The notes under the pieces are model-generated. The model ran no database searches. It was not told the DNA's origin and saw only the letters and a program-made list of their open reading frames with translations. Shown piece after piece: positions 1 through 11,700 of a DNA stretch of 64,000 bases. The number at the start of each line of letters is the position of its first letter. Position 1 is the stretch's first letter. The stretch lies in NCBI RefSeq assembly GCF_009834535.1, contig NC_045705.1, positions 71,734,001-71,798,000 on the forward strand. Direction: 5' to 3'. Both the position numbers and the translations under genes were made by a program. Source of the DNA: Camelus ferus. Its lineage: Eukaryota.

Positions 1-489
1 GATTAAATAAAATGCCTCCAAGCACGATGGAAGTGTCTTAACCCATCTGTGCAGCCCCCGCTGCCACGTGCACAGAGGAATAAATGGCAACTTCCTGCCC
101 ACTGGCAGCGTGACCGGTCCCACAAGAATAAAGACCTATCACTTCTTCCCTTCAGTGCAGCCTGACGGTTCTGCAGTCAACTCTGAGTCTGACGACGTTC
201 TCAACAATAGTCTAGTATTGACATGTCAATGGCAGAGCATCAAGCCCCTCCACTGATATTACCACATGTGTAAAAGCAAACAAGAGTGCCAAAACAACTG
301 AATAAATAGCCAGTGATTATTATTTCCCCAATTTCAGCAGTTCTTTCATTTTCTTTGACTCAACTGCTTGAATATTTTAATGTCAGTCAATGCAAGAGCC
401 TAGATGGACCTCCAGCAAGTGTGCTGAGTGAAAAAAGCCAATCTCAGCAGGTCACATACCGCACAATTTCATTCACACAACATCCTCAA

Positions 490-720
490 GAGGTTATGCA
501 GAGATGGAGAACAGATTAGTGGCTGAGGCACATGGTGGGGGGAGGAGGGGAGGGCAATACAGTGCAGCACAAGAAGGCCTTGTGATGGTGGAATAATTCT
601 GTATCCTGACTCAGGATGGGGGTTACGTGATGCTGTATGTGACCCGAGTACACAAACCTACACACACACACCAGACACCAGTGTACATAAAACTGGAGAA
701 AGGTGACCACGCCTGGCATA
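490..720 (+). mobile_element. Degenerate L1M-type 3' end fragment in AP2A2 intron 1
   Basis: cagattagtggctgagg...ggggggaggagggg...tgtgatggtggaataattctgtatcctgac resembles the ancient L1M 3' UTR pattern (agattagtggttgccagggg...ggtgatgaaaatgttct). Recognised by eye; boundaries approximate. Confidence 0.45.
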
Positions 721-3049
721 CTGCACCAGTGTCAGTTTCCTAGCATTGGAATGTCCTGCTTGCCCACTTTTAAGGAGGCGGGTAAGGAACGCTGGGATCT
801 CCAATCCATTTCTTAGCAAATTCCTATAAATCTAAATTTATTTCAAAATGAAGAATTATTTTAAAACTGGGACTAAATAAAATTGAAAAAGAGCACAAGA
901 AACAGTTAATGAAGTCCCACACACTGAACTCATATCAGCCAAATTCAGGGCCCCCAGGCTGAGATCAAGCAAAAAGGATCAAGTTAATCTTACGAGGCCC
1001 TGAACTGCTTCACTACCTGGGCCCCAGGAGCTGCACGGGCCTCTGTGGCACACAGAGCAGGAGCACAAGGCCCTTTGGAATCCGGGGCACACACTCGGTG
1101 CCAGTGCCAGCGCTGAGGGGTCAGGTCCCCAGTCAAGCCCCTGATGGGAAGGGCAGAGAGCAGCAGAGCTCAGGCACAGCGGGGGCTGCAGGGACTGCAG
1201 CGCGGGAAGGTACAGGGCCGACCAGACTCCAGTGACACATCAGCTCAAAACCCACCCCTCTGTCAGGTGACAAGACTGAGGCTTGGGGCCGTGGTTTCCA
1301 GTCGGTCATGGGGCTGGTGAGAGGCAGAGGGTCCAAGCTCCTGCGGCCAGCTTGGTGCCCTCTCCCCACACAGTCCAGCTACATTGACCACCATCACAAC
1401 AGGAGCACAGCCAGCACACAAAATCAGAGGCGGGCAGGGGTTGGGGAAGCAAGGGCCCCTCCCTGCCGCCAGGGGTCAAGCTCAGACTAGCTCTGACCTG
1501 GGTTTGCCTTCCAAGCTCACGTTTGCCACCAGCCCACAGCAGGGTAAGAATGTGACAGTGGTGCCCGCCGCCCGGCGCACACCAAGGCCCTGTAGCAGGC
1601 GGCTCCAGCAGCCTCTCCAGGTGAGGTCTCTAGCAGGAGGGCGGTGACCAGCAGGGGAGGGGTGACACGGCAGACGTGGCCCCACCGCAGGCAGCTCCCG
1701 GCGCACAAACTGCCGACCCAGCTCTGAAGGAAGGGGCTCATAGGACAGCGAGGTGAGAAAGCTGTTTCTGAGAAGGGGCCATGCTAAATATTGACGTGCC
1801 CCCTCCCCGTCCCCCCTGCAACGCGCCCCCCCCCCCGCCCCAAGGATTGGGCAAATCTTCCTTCAGGGAAGAAATTGTCTCATTCACTGATCTACACCAG
1901 TAGCTCTCAAAGGGGGAGGGGGAGGTAACTTTGCCCTGCAGGGCAGCGGCTGGAAACAGTTTTGGTTGTCACAGCTGAAGCATTCAGAAGCCAGAGGGAG
2001 GCCAGGGAAGCTAAGAAGCACAGGACAGCTCCACACAACAAGTGACTGGCCCCAAATGTCACAGTGCAGGGGTGGAGAAAGCCTGTCTGCACAGTCAGTC
2101 AATAAGCCAGGGCCTAGCTATGTGGCAGACCCAGCACAGAACACGCGTCCAGCACGCAGGTGACCAGTCGTCAGAGAAAATGGGTTTCAATCTCAATGAG
2201 CTACCAAAACGGAAGGACAGACGTCACAGCTAGTGTAAGGCTGCTAAGCCTCAGCCCAGGGGTGCCCTGAATTGGCAACACACACACACACACTTAACTC
2301 TACAAGATGCGTTATAATCATGAAGGTTACTATCCTGGAAATTACATTACACAGCAAAAGAAGAGAAAAACGAGGCTACTGCCCTACTTGCAGAAGCACA
2401 GACCTCAGGCAGTGTTTCCACACCAATTTCTTGCTGAGGAAGGGAAGGGACCCAAGCTCCCTTCCACAGTCTGGGTCCTCCATAGCCGTGTGAGGAGCTG
2501 AGGGGGTCATGGGAGGGTTCAGCACAAGTAGCATTTACCAGGAGGTGAAGTTACAATCATTCTTCCAAAACACGCAGCAAACCCCCAGTCAAATACCTGG
2601 TGGATAACAAAAAATAAAACCGAACAACAAACCAGCTTTGTGTTAATTTTTTGTAACTAAATAAAGAGAACGTTCCTTGACAACCAACAGGAGTTTCTGC
2701 ACACCAAAGCCAAATCTACCGGTGGACCCATGCACCCACTGGCCTCCCGGCCCCTTTCACCTTTCGGTGTGGATTTTTCCACTCTGAGAGGACACGTGTC
2801 CCTAAGAACGCTGTCCCTGATCAGACAGCAGGTAGAGCAGCTCCCCCACAGCCATCCCACCCATCCCCTACTGCCTGTCCGGATTCCCTGAGGAAGGAGT
2901 CATTTTAACCAGGGCCTAATAACCCGCCAGAACCCGGGTCAGAGCTGCTTTCACAGCAAGACACGGGTGCTGCTACTTCCACTTCCAGTGAAAATCCACG
3001 CTATTTTGGAAAATGCTGGGTTAAATGCACCATTACTAGAAAGATGGGC

Positions 3050-3950
3050 AGACTGCTCAAGATGACATCATGTTGGGGAGGGGCGTCTTCGCCAGACACC
3101 CCTCAGCGATGCCACAGCCCCCACGCAGATGGAGGACGCGCCTCGCACACCCCGCACCCCGGGCCCCCGTCCACACTGCCAGGACCTCAGCTGGCTCCCC
3201 AGTGGCCTCTCGCCCCCCCGCCAGGTCTGTGCCCGGGACCCCAATCCCGAAGACGCCTGCCCCCTAAGTCCGTGTCCGGGACCCCAGCCCCGCGCCCCCG
3301 GACCCCCGCCCGCCAGGTCCGCGCCCGGGAACCCAGCCCCGCGTCCCCGGAGCCCCGCCCGCCAGGTCCGCGCCCGGGAACCCAGCTCCCGGAGGCCCCC
3401 TCCCGCCTGCCAGCCCCCACACCGGCCTGCGCCCCCTCACCCCGCCCCCGCCCCGCGCAGGCCGGGTCCGCGCCCGGCCACTCACAGTTGCGGATGTCTG
3501 AGATGAAGACCGCCAGGCCCCGCATCCCGTCCCCCTTCGACACGGCCGGCATCTTCGGGCCCGGGGAGCGGCCTGGGCTGGCGAGCCCGGGGAAGGAGCG
3601 GGCAGCGGGCAGCGGGAGCGGGAGCGGGGAGGAGCCGCCTCAGCCCAGCCGCCTCAGGCTCCAGCGCCGCTTCGGGGCCGCCGCCTCCGCGTGCGCGCAC
3701 GCACGCACGCTCGCAGCAGCACGCACGCGCACGCTCGCTCGCTCGCGGGGCGCGGGGACGAGCATGGCGGCGGCGGGCGCGCAAAAGCTGCGGGTTTGCG
3801 TCCCCTGGTCCTCCAGCGCGTGACGGCCCCCGAGGCTGACCCACACCCACACCGCTGACCCCACCTACCACCCGAGACCCCTCACTACCCTTACCTGCAC
3901 CGGAGACCCCCACCGCCCTGCCCAGCCCGGGCCCTGAGGCAGCTTGCTGC
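3050..3950. promoter_or_regulatory. CpG island / AP2A2 promoter and 5' UTR
   Basis: Very high GC and CpG density around the first exon, with GCGC-rich (NRF1-like) tracts at 3688-3734. Boundaries approximate. Confidence 0.85.
3486..3552 (-). CDS. AP2A2: AP-2 complex subunit alpha-2, first coding exon (67 nt); rest of gene lies left of the window
   Basis: ATG at 3552-3550 encodes [22 protein letters not shown](C), the alpha-adaptin N-terminus. A GTGAGT donor follows at 3485 (phase 1). The exon sits in a CpG island, next to CHID1 as in human. Confidence 0.97.
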
Positions 3951-5759
3951 CGGCCTTGGGGGACCAGTCTCTACCCGGAGCTTCGAGGGCCTGCTGCGCA
4001 TCGCCAAGGCTGTCCAGAGCCAGCTCCTTCCTTCAGGAAGGAGACTGAGGCCGGAAAACTGCGCACCCCCACCCCGACAGCACCAGCTGACCAGGGCCCA
4101 ATCTTGAATCGACTCCTCAATGACCACCGTTGCCACCACCCAATTCCGCAGCCTGGGGCCTTGGTGGGCACAGACCACCGGGGAGTTTGGAGAGCTGGTG
4201 GCCCTGCTGGGCTCTCCTTTATGAAGAGGGATGGCTCTAAAGAGGACCCTTCCTCATCTGAGGTTACCTGGCCCTGTACCTGGAACTGGCCCAGACCCGG
4301 CTGCGTGAGATTAGGAGTGGCTTCTCGGAGGAGGGACTTGGGGATGCGCAGACATCCCACCTCCTCTCGGTGCTGACTCTGGGCTTCCCAAGCTTCCTCG
4401 GATTCCCACAGGTGTGTGTTGGGGGTGGTCCCAGAGCCTGATGAGACACACAGGTGGCTGTGCGAAAGACCCTGGCCTCCTGCGGTGCCTTCACAGGCCC
4501 TTTGGATCACTTAGTCACCAGGCTTCCGGCCTGAGTCGATACAGCCCTCCCTGAACACAGTCACTCCTCAGCCAGGGACCGGCCCCTTTGCCATGTGCAG
4601 GGCTTTCTTGGGTTGCGTAAACTGGACACGTGTCTCGTTCTGGCCATCGGTGGTCACAGCACTGTTCCCGGCCTCTCTTCCTTCCGTGGCCAGTGGGAGG
4701 GCAGGGCCCCCACCCTTGCATTCTGAAGGGAGCCCAGGGCTGATGGCACGGCCACGGTGCCACGGGCCTGCAGTGCTAACAGGCGGTGTCTTGGCTCCTA
4801 CCTGGGCCTTTCCACTTCACGAGTGACCCAGTTCCCTTCCCTAATCTCTGGAGTTGCAGGCAACAACCCTTCCAGAAAATCAGGGTTAACAGCCTGGTCC
4901 AAGCATAGCTAGAGGAACCGAGCAGCCAAGCGTGTTCAGCTGAGCAGTCCTGGGCCCCCAGTGGCTACCTGTACTCTGCAGGAATAACGTGCTTGGCCAG
5001 GCTCTGGGGACTGAACCCATCCCCTGGCATGGGAAGTGTACAGAGCACGAGGAACTGGAGAAGTCTGTGGTGAGTGGGGGGGTCCAAGGAAGCCTGACCA
5101 CCTGTAGAAGGTCAGCGATGAGCTCAAACCCCGAGCTGCTCGTGGACGTTAGGGCAGCAGGACCCGCCTGTGACCAGCTCTCACTCTCACTGCCCTAAAA
5201 CTGAGTCCAAAACCATACACAGCTGGATACAGATTGTTTCAAAAGAGACACAGAAGGTGAGTCTGTGGCCTCCCCAGCCACGTTCAGGGACAGCTGGAGC
5301 ACTGGTGCGGCCCAGAGAAGGGGAGTCGGGGGATGGGGCAGCCCAGGGGACCCCAATCCTACTTTCCAAGCACCCCCACCACCCTCCATGGCCCCTTTCC
5401 CCTCATTGGACAAAGTTGTCCCCACACTGGAAGACCCTGTAATGACATCCCCTGAAAGAGTTACTTTGTAAGAGAGAAGTCAGTTCCCCTCAAAGCCCCC
5501 CAGCCAGGCCCCATCCTGAGACCTGGGAGAAGCAGGTCCCAAGGCAAAAGTCACAGCCAGATGCGGAAGGCTTCGCTACCAGGAGAACTGCAGGAGGCTG
5601 AGTCTGTGTCAGCAGAACTCTGCAGAGTGTGTATGGGATGGATTCAGAGAGCAGGCTTGGCTAGCAGACCTGTCCCGTGGGGCACCCAGCAATCTGGCTC
5701 AGCTCAGTCTGCCTGGCCAGCTGACCACCTGGAGGCTGGACTTGGTGGCCCATGTTAAA

Positions 5760-6157
5760 ACAGGGTTGAGAGGCCATAAATTCCTGCATATAATGCAGGG
5801 AAAGGAATTCAGAGGTTTATTCCAGCTCTGAAAGTCTTTGATCAAGGTGTCAGCAGCACTGGTCCTTCTGAGACTGTGACAGGATCTAGCCCAGACCTCT
5901 GTCCTCAGCTTATAGATGGCCGTCTTCACCCCGTGTCTCTTCACGCCATATTCCCTCTCTGCATGTCTCGCTCCCAGTTCAAATGCCCCCCTTTTACAAA
6001 GGCACTAGCTGTCTTGGATTGGAGGCCCGCCTCACCCCAGTTTGAAGTCATCTTAGTTATTACACCTCAAGGACCCATATGAGGGTCCCATTCTGAGGCA
6101 CTGGGGCTGAGGACTTCAACATGTGAACTTTCAGGGTACATAGTTCAACCCAGAACA
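5760..6157 (+). mobile_element. MaLR MLT1-type solo LTR
   Basis: Matches the MLT1 pattern (atcaaggtgtcagcag ... ggattggaggccc ... tgaggcactggggctgaggacttcaacatgtgaac ... ttcaacccagaaca end). 5' boundary approximate. Confidence 0.75.
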
Positions 6158-6287
6158 GACAGTGATGTGAGCACATTTGGGCACATGACTCTGAGGCACT
6201 GGGGCTGAGGACTTCAACATGTGAACTTTCAGGGTACATAGTTCAACCCAGAACAGACAGTGATGTGAGCACATTTGGGCACATGAC
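6092..6287. repeat. Perfect 98-bp tandem duplication (2 copies)
   Basis: 6092-6189 is identical to 6190-6287 by direct comparison. Confidence 0.95.
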
Positions 6288-7050
6288 TTTGAGTCCCTGC
6301 ACCGCAGTCTTTTCCTCACGCCCACTGGGAACACGGTTTTGTAGCTGGAGCTCTGCTTGGGGCTGTAGGGGTGAGAGCCACCCCCTCCACCACGCTAGCC
6401 CTCCAGCCGCCGTGTTTATGCCCGTGGTGGGGGCCCTGCTACACCCAGCCAAACCCAGACACTCATGAATACCTGTTCCCATGCCCGAGGGTGCTGTGTC
6501 ACTGGGGCTCCTGGGGCTCTTGGGGCCTGGGGCCCTGGGGCCCTGGGCCGTATCAGGATGTCCCCCTCATCCTGCCCTGTGGCTTGTCATCGAGACCGTT
6601 TCACAGCCATTCCCCTTGGGCTTGAAGGGACCGCACAAGCACTGCCAATCATCAGTAAACGGTTGCAGGGGCAATGCAACCAGGGGAGGGGTGGAGGAGG
6701 TGGCCATGAAAATCCTGCCCCGCCAGGATGCTGCCAGATCAGGCACCCTGTTCACCCCCAGAGTAGGGACCCATGGCCTCCAGTCTCCCTAAGGTACCTG
6801 TTGAAAATACACCCCTTGACTTTAAAGGCCAGACCAGCCACACCGATAGCCAGCCAGCTGTCCATCCCCAAATGGCTTCCTGTTTGGGGGTATTTTGTGG
6901 CAAGGGCTTCCAGCTCAGGCCGACACTCACCCACTGCAGCTCCTTGCTCTAAAGGCCCAGCCAGGAAGAGCCGATGGAAGACTGGCCTGAGAAGAGCAGC
7001 TTTAGGAAGGAAAACAGAAGTGAGCATGCCAGCCCAGGCCTTGGGCACCG

Positions 7051-7495
7051 CTGTGGTTGTCTCGTGGGGCTGCTGTGACAGATAACCACAAACTGATGCT
7101 TTAGGAAGAGCAGAAATGGATTCTCTACGATTCTAGAGGCCAGAAGTCCAAGGTCAAGGTGTGTGCAGGGGTGGTTCCCCCTGGAGGTTTTTAGCTGACT
7201 CCATTCCCCTCCTCTTCTCGTTTCTGGTAGCTGCCAGCAGCCTTGGCTGGGGGCCGAGTGACCCCTATCTCTCCCTCCCTCATCCTGTGGCCTCCTCCCC
7301 TGTGTCTGTGTCTCAAACCTTCCTCTCTCCTCTTGCAAGGATCCCAGGCACTGGGTTGAGGTCCCACCCTAAATCCAGGATGACCTCCTCCTGAGATCCT
7401 TAATCACGTCAGAGACTCTGTTTCCAAATAAGTTCACAGGTGCCGGGAGTTGGGACATGGATAACCTTTTGGAGTCCGTCACTCAACTCGCCCCA
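7051..7495 (+). mobile_element. MaLR MLT1-type solo LTR
   Basis: ggggctgctgtgacagataaccacaaact ... ctagaggccagaagtccaaggtcaaggtg ... cccaccctaaatccaggatgacctc ... tttccaaataag follows the MLT1 consensus pattern in order. Confidence 0.8.
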
Positions 7496-8800
7496 CCGCA
7501 GCCACCAAGAAATGCCGTTTCATTTGGCTTCAGTGACACACACCCCACCCCTCCTTGGTTACAGAGTATTTTAAAGTTGGTTGTGGGATAGTGAGAAACA
7601 CAAAACCCATGACCGATACCGCAGAATGCAGCACCCTGTGCAGGGCCACCTGCCCGTCACCAAAGCCCACCTTGGCGCTCAGCAACTGCCCTGCCACTGC
7701 CTGGACAGTGATGTGCCAAAAAGCACGTGATGCCCCGGTCACAGCAGTCAGCCTGGCCCAGGCCAGACGGGCTCATGGGGCCCCCACATGTGTGGGACAC
7801 AGACAGATCTGCTGCGCTGGCTCTGGAGCCGTGTCTCGAAGCTTCTGCTGCATGTGACTCGCCTGCTCCCACTCCCTTCTTGCTCTGGATTTTGCTCCTC
7901 CCAGCACACTGGGAGGATGTCCCCATCCACGACCAGGCGGAGGGCTAGGCAGCAGGAAATCCTGATCTACATTCCTCTTCCTGAACGTTTGCAAGCCCAG
8001 GGGTGACAGGACGTGATTGGTGATAGTGCTTGGGCCCTGGCCTTGGGGTGACTCCCAGCCAAGGCCTCCCCATTAAAATAGGACAAGTCACGGGTGGCCT
8101 CTGCCAGGAAAGGCCTTACCTTGTGCTGACTCGGCAAATGAAGAGAGGCTCAGGGCTGACTGCAAGGACAGGGGCCCCACCCCCGCCCTACCCCAGGGAA
8201 GATACAAGCCTGGCCTCCAGAAGCCCCACAACCACCAGGCACCTCCAGCAACCAGATGGAAGTGCTCTTGGGGTGTCAGCCACATAATGGACTCCCTATA
8301 GTAACTCAGGGAGGCCCTCAAAGCTGTCCTGGAGAGGCAGCCTCAGACGGGAGCCCCTGAAGTGGGGCACTGCGGCCCTGTGGGTGTCCGCAGGACATGG
8401 GGGAAAGGGTTCAGGAACAGCAGGAGGACATGTCTCTGAAGGCCCTCTTGCTCCACAGGGCCCGGATCTGCCCTTGTGTGTCCTCTAGTGCCCACTGCAG
8501 ACAGGTGGGGCGCCAGGAGGAGCAGGGGGCAAGGGTGGGCTAGACCTAGGCTCGCAGTTCAAAGCCGGGACCTGCAGGGCAGGCGGCTTCTCCAGGAAGA
8601 GGGCCTGAAGCGGGGCTGAGGGGTGGGTTTAGAGCCTGAGCAAGGGGTTTACACTCAGATTTACATTAAATTTAAACAAGTAGGATTCAATTTATTGAAG
8701 TTATAAATTCAAAACCTAATTTTTTTAATGTGCTAAGTTTTTCAATTTTATGAACTCTATTATTCCATTTATAAGCCTGGCAGATTTTATAGTCATTTTT

Positions 8801-8883
8801 TTTTAACGGAGGTACTGGGGATAGAACCCAGGACTTAATGCACGCTAAGCATATGTTCTACCACTGAGCTATACCCACCCCTC
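8801..8883 (-). mobile_element. tRNA-Ala-derived SINE (camelid Vic-1-like) with poly-A tail and 18-bp target-site duplication
   Basis: Minus strand reads ggggtgggtatagctcagtggtagaacatatgcttagcgtgcattaagtcctgggttctatccccagtacctccgttaaaaaaaaa, with an A box, a B-box-like motif and an AGC anticodon arm. TSD gattttatagtcattttt at 8783-8800 and 8884-8901, with a TT/AAAA insertion site. Confidence 0.9.
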
Positions 8884-10399
8884 GATTTTATAGTCATTTT
8901 TAAGGGCCCTCTGCATAATATTTGGTCCCATCTACAAACTCAGTTAATTAAGCTTTTTTTTTTTAAATATATACTTTATTTACTTTTTTGGTAATTGAGC
9001 ATTTTTAAGATTTTGAACTGAATTTATGAGTTAAAATATATTTTACTCCCTTCTTATGTACTTTAGCTTGTCTGAATTGGCAGCAAAACCTCTGGTGCTC
9101 CAAGTGCTCATATACTCAGTAGATTAAATATTCAAAATGGTGAGCCCCAAGTTGTCTGAAATGTTCCAGAAACCTGAAATAGCAAATGTGTTCAGGTTTC
9201 ACTTAATATGTAAGTGCTAACGGCATGGGTCTGATTCTCTTAACCCTTTCTATGCCTCATTCTAAATCTCCCTATGGTTGGCTGATAGTTGTCATTCAAA
9301 GCAGTCAGTTTTCAGTCTGGTTTCTGGGGCCGCTTGGCACCAGCTATGCCAGCTGGGAGGCTGACAGCTTGTGCTCACAACCCCACAGGACCCCCAAACC
9401 CTGCGCAGCGGGATCTCTGCAGGGGGAGCTGGTGTGGGGCTCCCTGTCCCTCCTTCCTGCCTGCTCTTGGAGTCTGCAGTGCTGGCTCAGACTGAACACA
9501 GTGATTTCACAATTCTTTAGCTCCAAAGACCTCTGCACTCAATGGGATCCTAAGGTGACTAAATGCTTTACCAAGAGAACTCTGGCCTTGCTGGGGTCTC
9601 CTTGGTGTTCCTAGGGCTGCATCCAGCATAGCCTTCGGGCCCTCTCCAGAGCTCTGCCTGACCTGGCGCTACTACCCCAAATGTCTGGCCTCAGGGCTGA
9701 GCTGAGTGCCGGGAATGCAGAGCTGTTGCATTGGTATGTGCCATGCCTCAGGATACACACCAAACCCCAGGCCCTGGGAAGACTGTGGGGGGGTTAGCTG
9801 GCAGGAAATATGGGGAAGAGAAAGAAGGAAACATGAGTAGGAAGAAAGAGAACAAAGTTCAGCTCAGGGAGGAGCTTCATGAGCAGCAGAAATGGGGAAA
9901 CAGCTGTGCAGTGGGTCCTGGGGCTGGCTGAGTAGGGCTGGGGTGGGGACGGGCTGTGCAGTTTTCTGCAGGAAACTGCTGGGAACGCTAGGGATCTGTC
10001 AGCTTGTATCAGGTGTAAAACGCCTTGTGATTAAAACTACTGGCCACTTTGCATCCAGTCCATCCCAGAGGCTCACTGACTCCTCTTGCTGGGAGCTGAG
10101 ATGGTGGTGGGGTGGGGGTGGTACTAATGGCCTCTGGAAGGTTCCAGCTGTGAGAGCTGCAGGTGAAATGTGCCAGTTCCTGGAGGTGAGGACAGAGGGC
10201 GCGCTGAGTCTAAGATACGTGGGATTTTTGATGTCCAAGGGCCATCCAGAGGGCCTGGAACACGATTCCTTGCTCCAGACACCGTGCTGGGTGCCACTGG
10301 CCCCTGGATAGTGACCAAAGCCAAGGACTGACAAAGGCTCACCCAGGGAGACCTGGGGGATGACGGAGGAGCGCTAGGCTGGGGGGCAGCCCCCAGGCA

Positions 10400-11700
10400 G
10401 TAGGAGGAAAGCCTGGAGAGGCGATTCCTGGGTCCAAGCGAGAACGTGGAAGTGCGGAAGGTCGGTCCTGCGAGGTCCCCTTGGCCACCTGCCCGGCTGG
10501 GCAAAGGCCTTGGAGCCCGCGGCGCGCCCTGGTGGTCACCCAGGTGGTCGCAGCGCAGACATCGCACCCGGATCCGGGCCTTCCACAGAGCGTGCGCTGG
10601 GGAGGAGAGGGGACTGCGCGCCCCTTGGAACCCAGACCTCCGCGCCAGCTCTCGAGAGAGGGCGTTTGGTTCCCATCAGAGGCCAGGGCCCACGGAAGGC
10701 CGGGCTCGGCGCGCGCGGGCTCTCAGTTCGGGTGCCAGAGTCTGGACCCAGCCGAGTCCCCGCCGTGCTCCTCCTCTGGGTCGGCTCCTCCCCTGGCCCA
10801 GCCCCTCGGATTCGCCCCGCCCCCAGCGTCAGCCCCGCCCCGCCCAGCGCTCCGCCCCCGGCCCGGTCTCGCCCCTCGGCCTCGCTCCGCCCCGAGATCG
10901 ATCCCACCCCCGGGTTCTGTCCTCCAGGCCCCGCCCCTCGGCCCGTAGCCGGGACCCCCCCCCCCCAGCGTGCTGTGCGCGGCGGCGGCGCGCGGGCATC
11001 CTGGGGCGGAGCTTCCGGCGGCGTTAGCGAGCGTCTTCCGGCCACGCGCGAGGGGGGTCCGGTGGCCCTCCGGGACATGCAGGTGAGCCCTGCGACATGA
11101 AGGTGAGCCCCGCGGCGGCCCGCCGGGGTGGCGTTCGCGCCCCGAGTTCCGGCGCCTGCTTCCCCGGCTCCCACGGCCTCAGTTCCCCTCCGCGGAGTGG
11201 GCGCGCGGGGTTGCGTGTGCGGGCAGGAGGGGCGGCGGGCGTGGACAGGAGGCGGTGTGACAGCGGGTGCGCACGAGAGGACGAGGTGTGGGCAGCGGGA
11301 GGAGCGGGAGGCGCGAGCCTGTGTGGGCGGCAGCGAGCGTGGCTGCGGGCAGGGCGGGCCAGCTCGGGGGCCGGCGACCCCGATGCGCTTTGGAGCGCGC
11401 TAGGCTGGCTCCCTCTTCGCCTCAGCCCCAGACGCTGAAGGCTGCAGATCTTCCACACTGGGGAGGGGCTCCTAGGCATGAGCCCGCAGCAGTCGGGGGA
11501 CCGTGGTTGGGCGGCCGACCCCGACCTCCATCCTATCTCGCTTCCGCCGCCTGTGGAGCTGGGGTCGCCCGGCGGCCGCTCACCCCCGACCAGGGCTGCC
11601 TCGGGGCGGCTTCCTCGGCCTCATTTGTGGAGGGAACGACGCAGTGCCTGATCCCGGGGTCTGAACAGACCCGCGGTTAACGCAGCACGGGGCTGATAAA
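10400..11700. promoter_or_regulatory. CpG island / CHID1 promoter
   Basis: CpG-dense, with a GC box (ggggcggag at about 11003) and two ETS-like cttccgg motifs just upstream of or within exon 1. Boundaries approximate. Confidence 0.85.
11010..11082 (+). other. CHID1: CHID1 non-coding exon 1 (5' end approximate; alternative donor after 11102)
   Basis: Strong CAG|GTGAGC donor at 11082/11083 inside the CpG island upstream of the first coding exon, and a second AAG|GTGAGC at 11102/11103. Confidence 0.7.

Noticed and set aside
2307-2501. Short + strand ORF MRYNHEGYYPGNY... in AP2A2 intron 1
   Set aside because: 64 codons, antisense, no recognisable homology or splice context; expected by chance.
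3044-3823. 259-aa + strand ORF antisense to AP2A2 exon 1, including ATGGCGGCG at 3764
   Set aside because: It is a CpG-island noise ORF. The ATG opens only 19 codons and is better explained as a YY1-like promoter motif.
8801-8883. tRNA-Ala(AGC) gene
   Set aside because: It has a poly-A tail, an 18-bp TSD, an L1-endonuclease target site and mismatched stems/B box, so it is a retroposed SINE rather than a functional tRNA.
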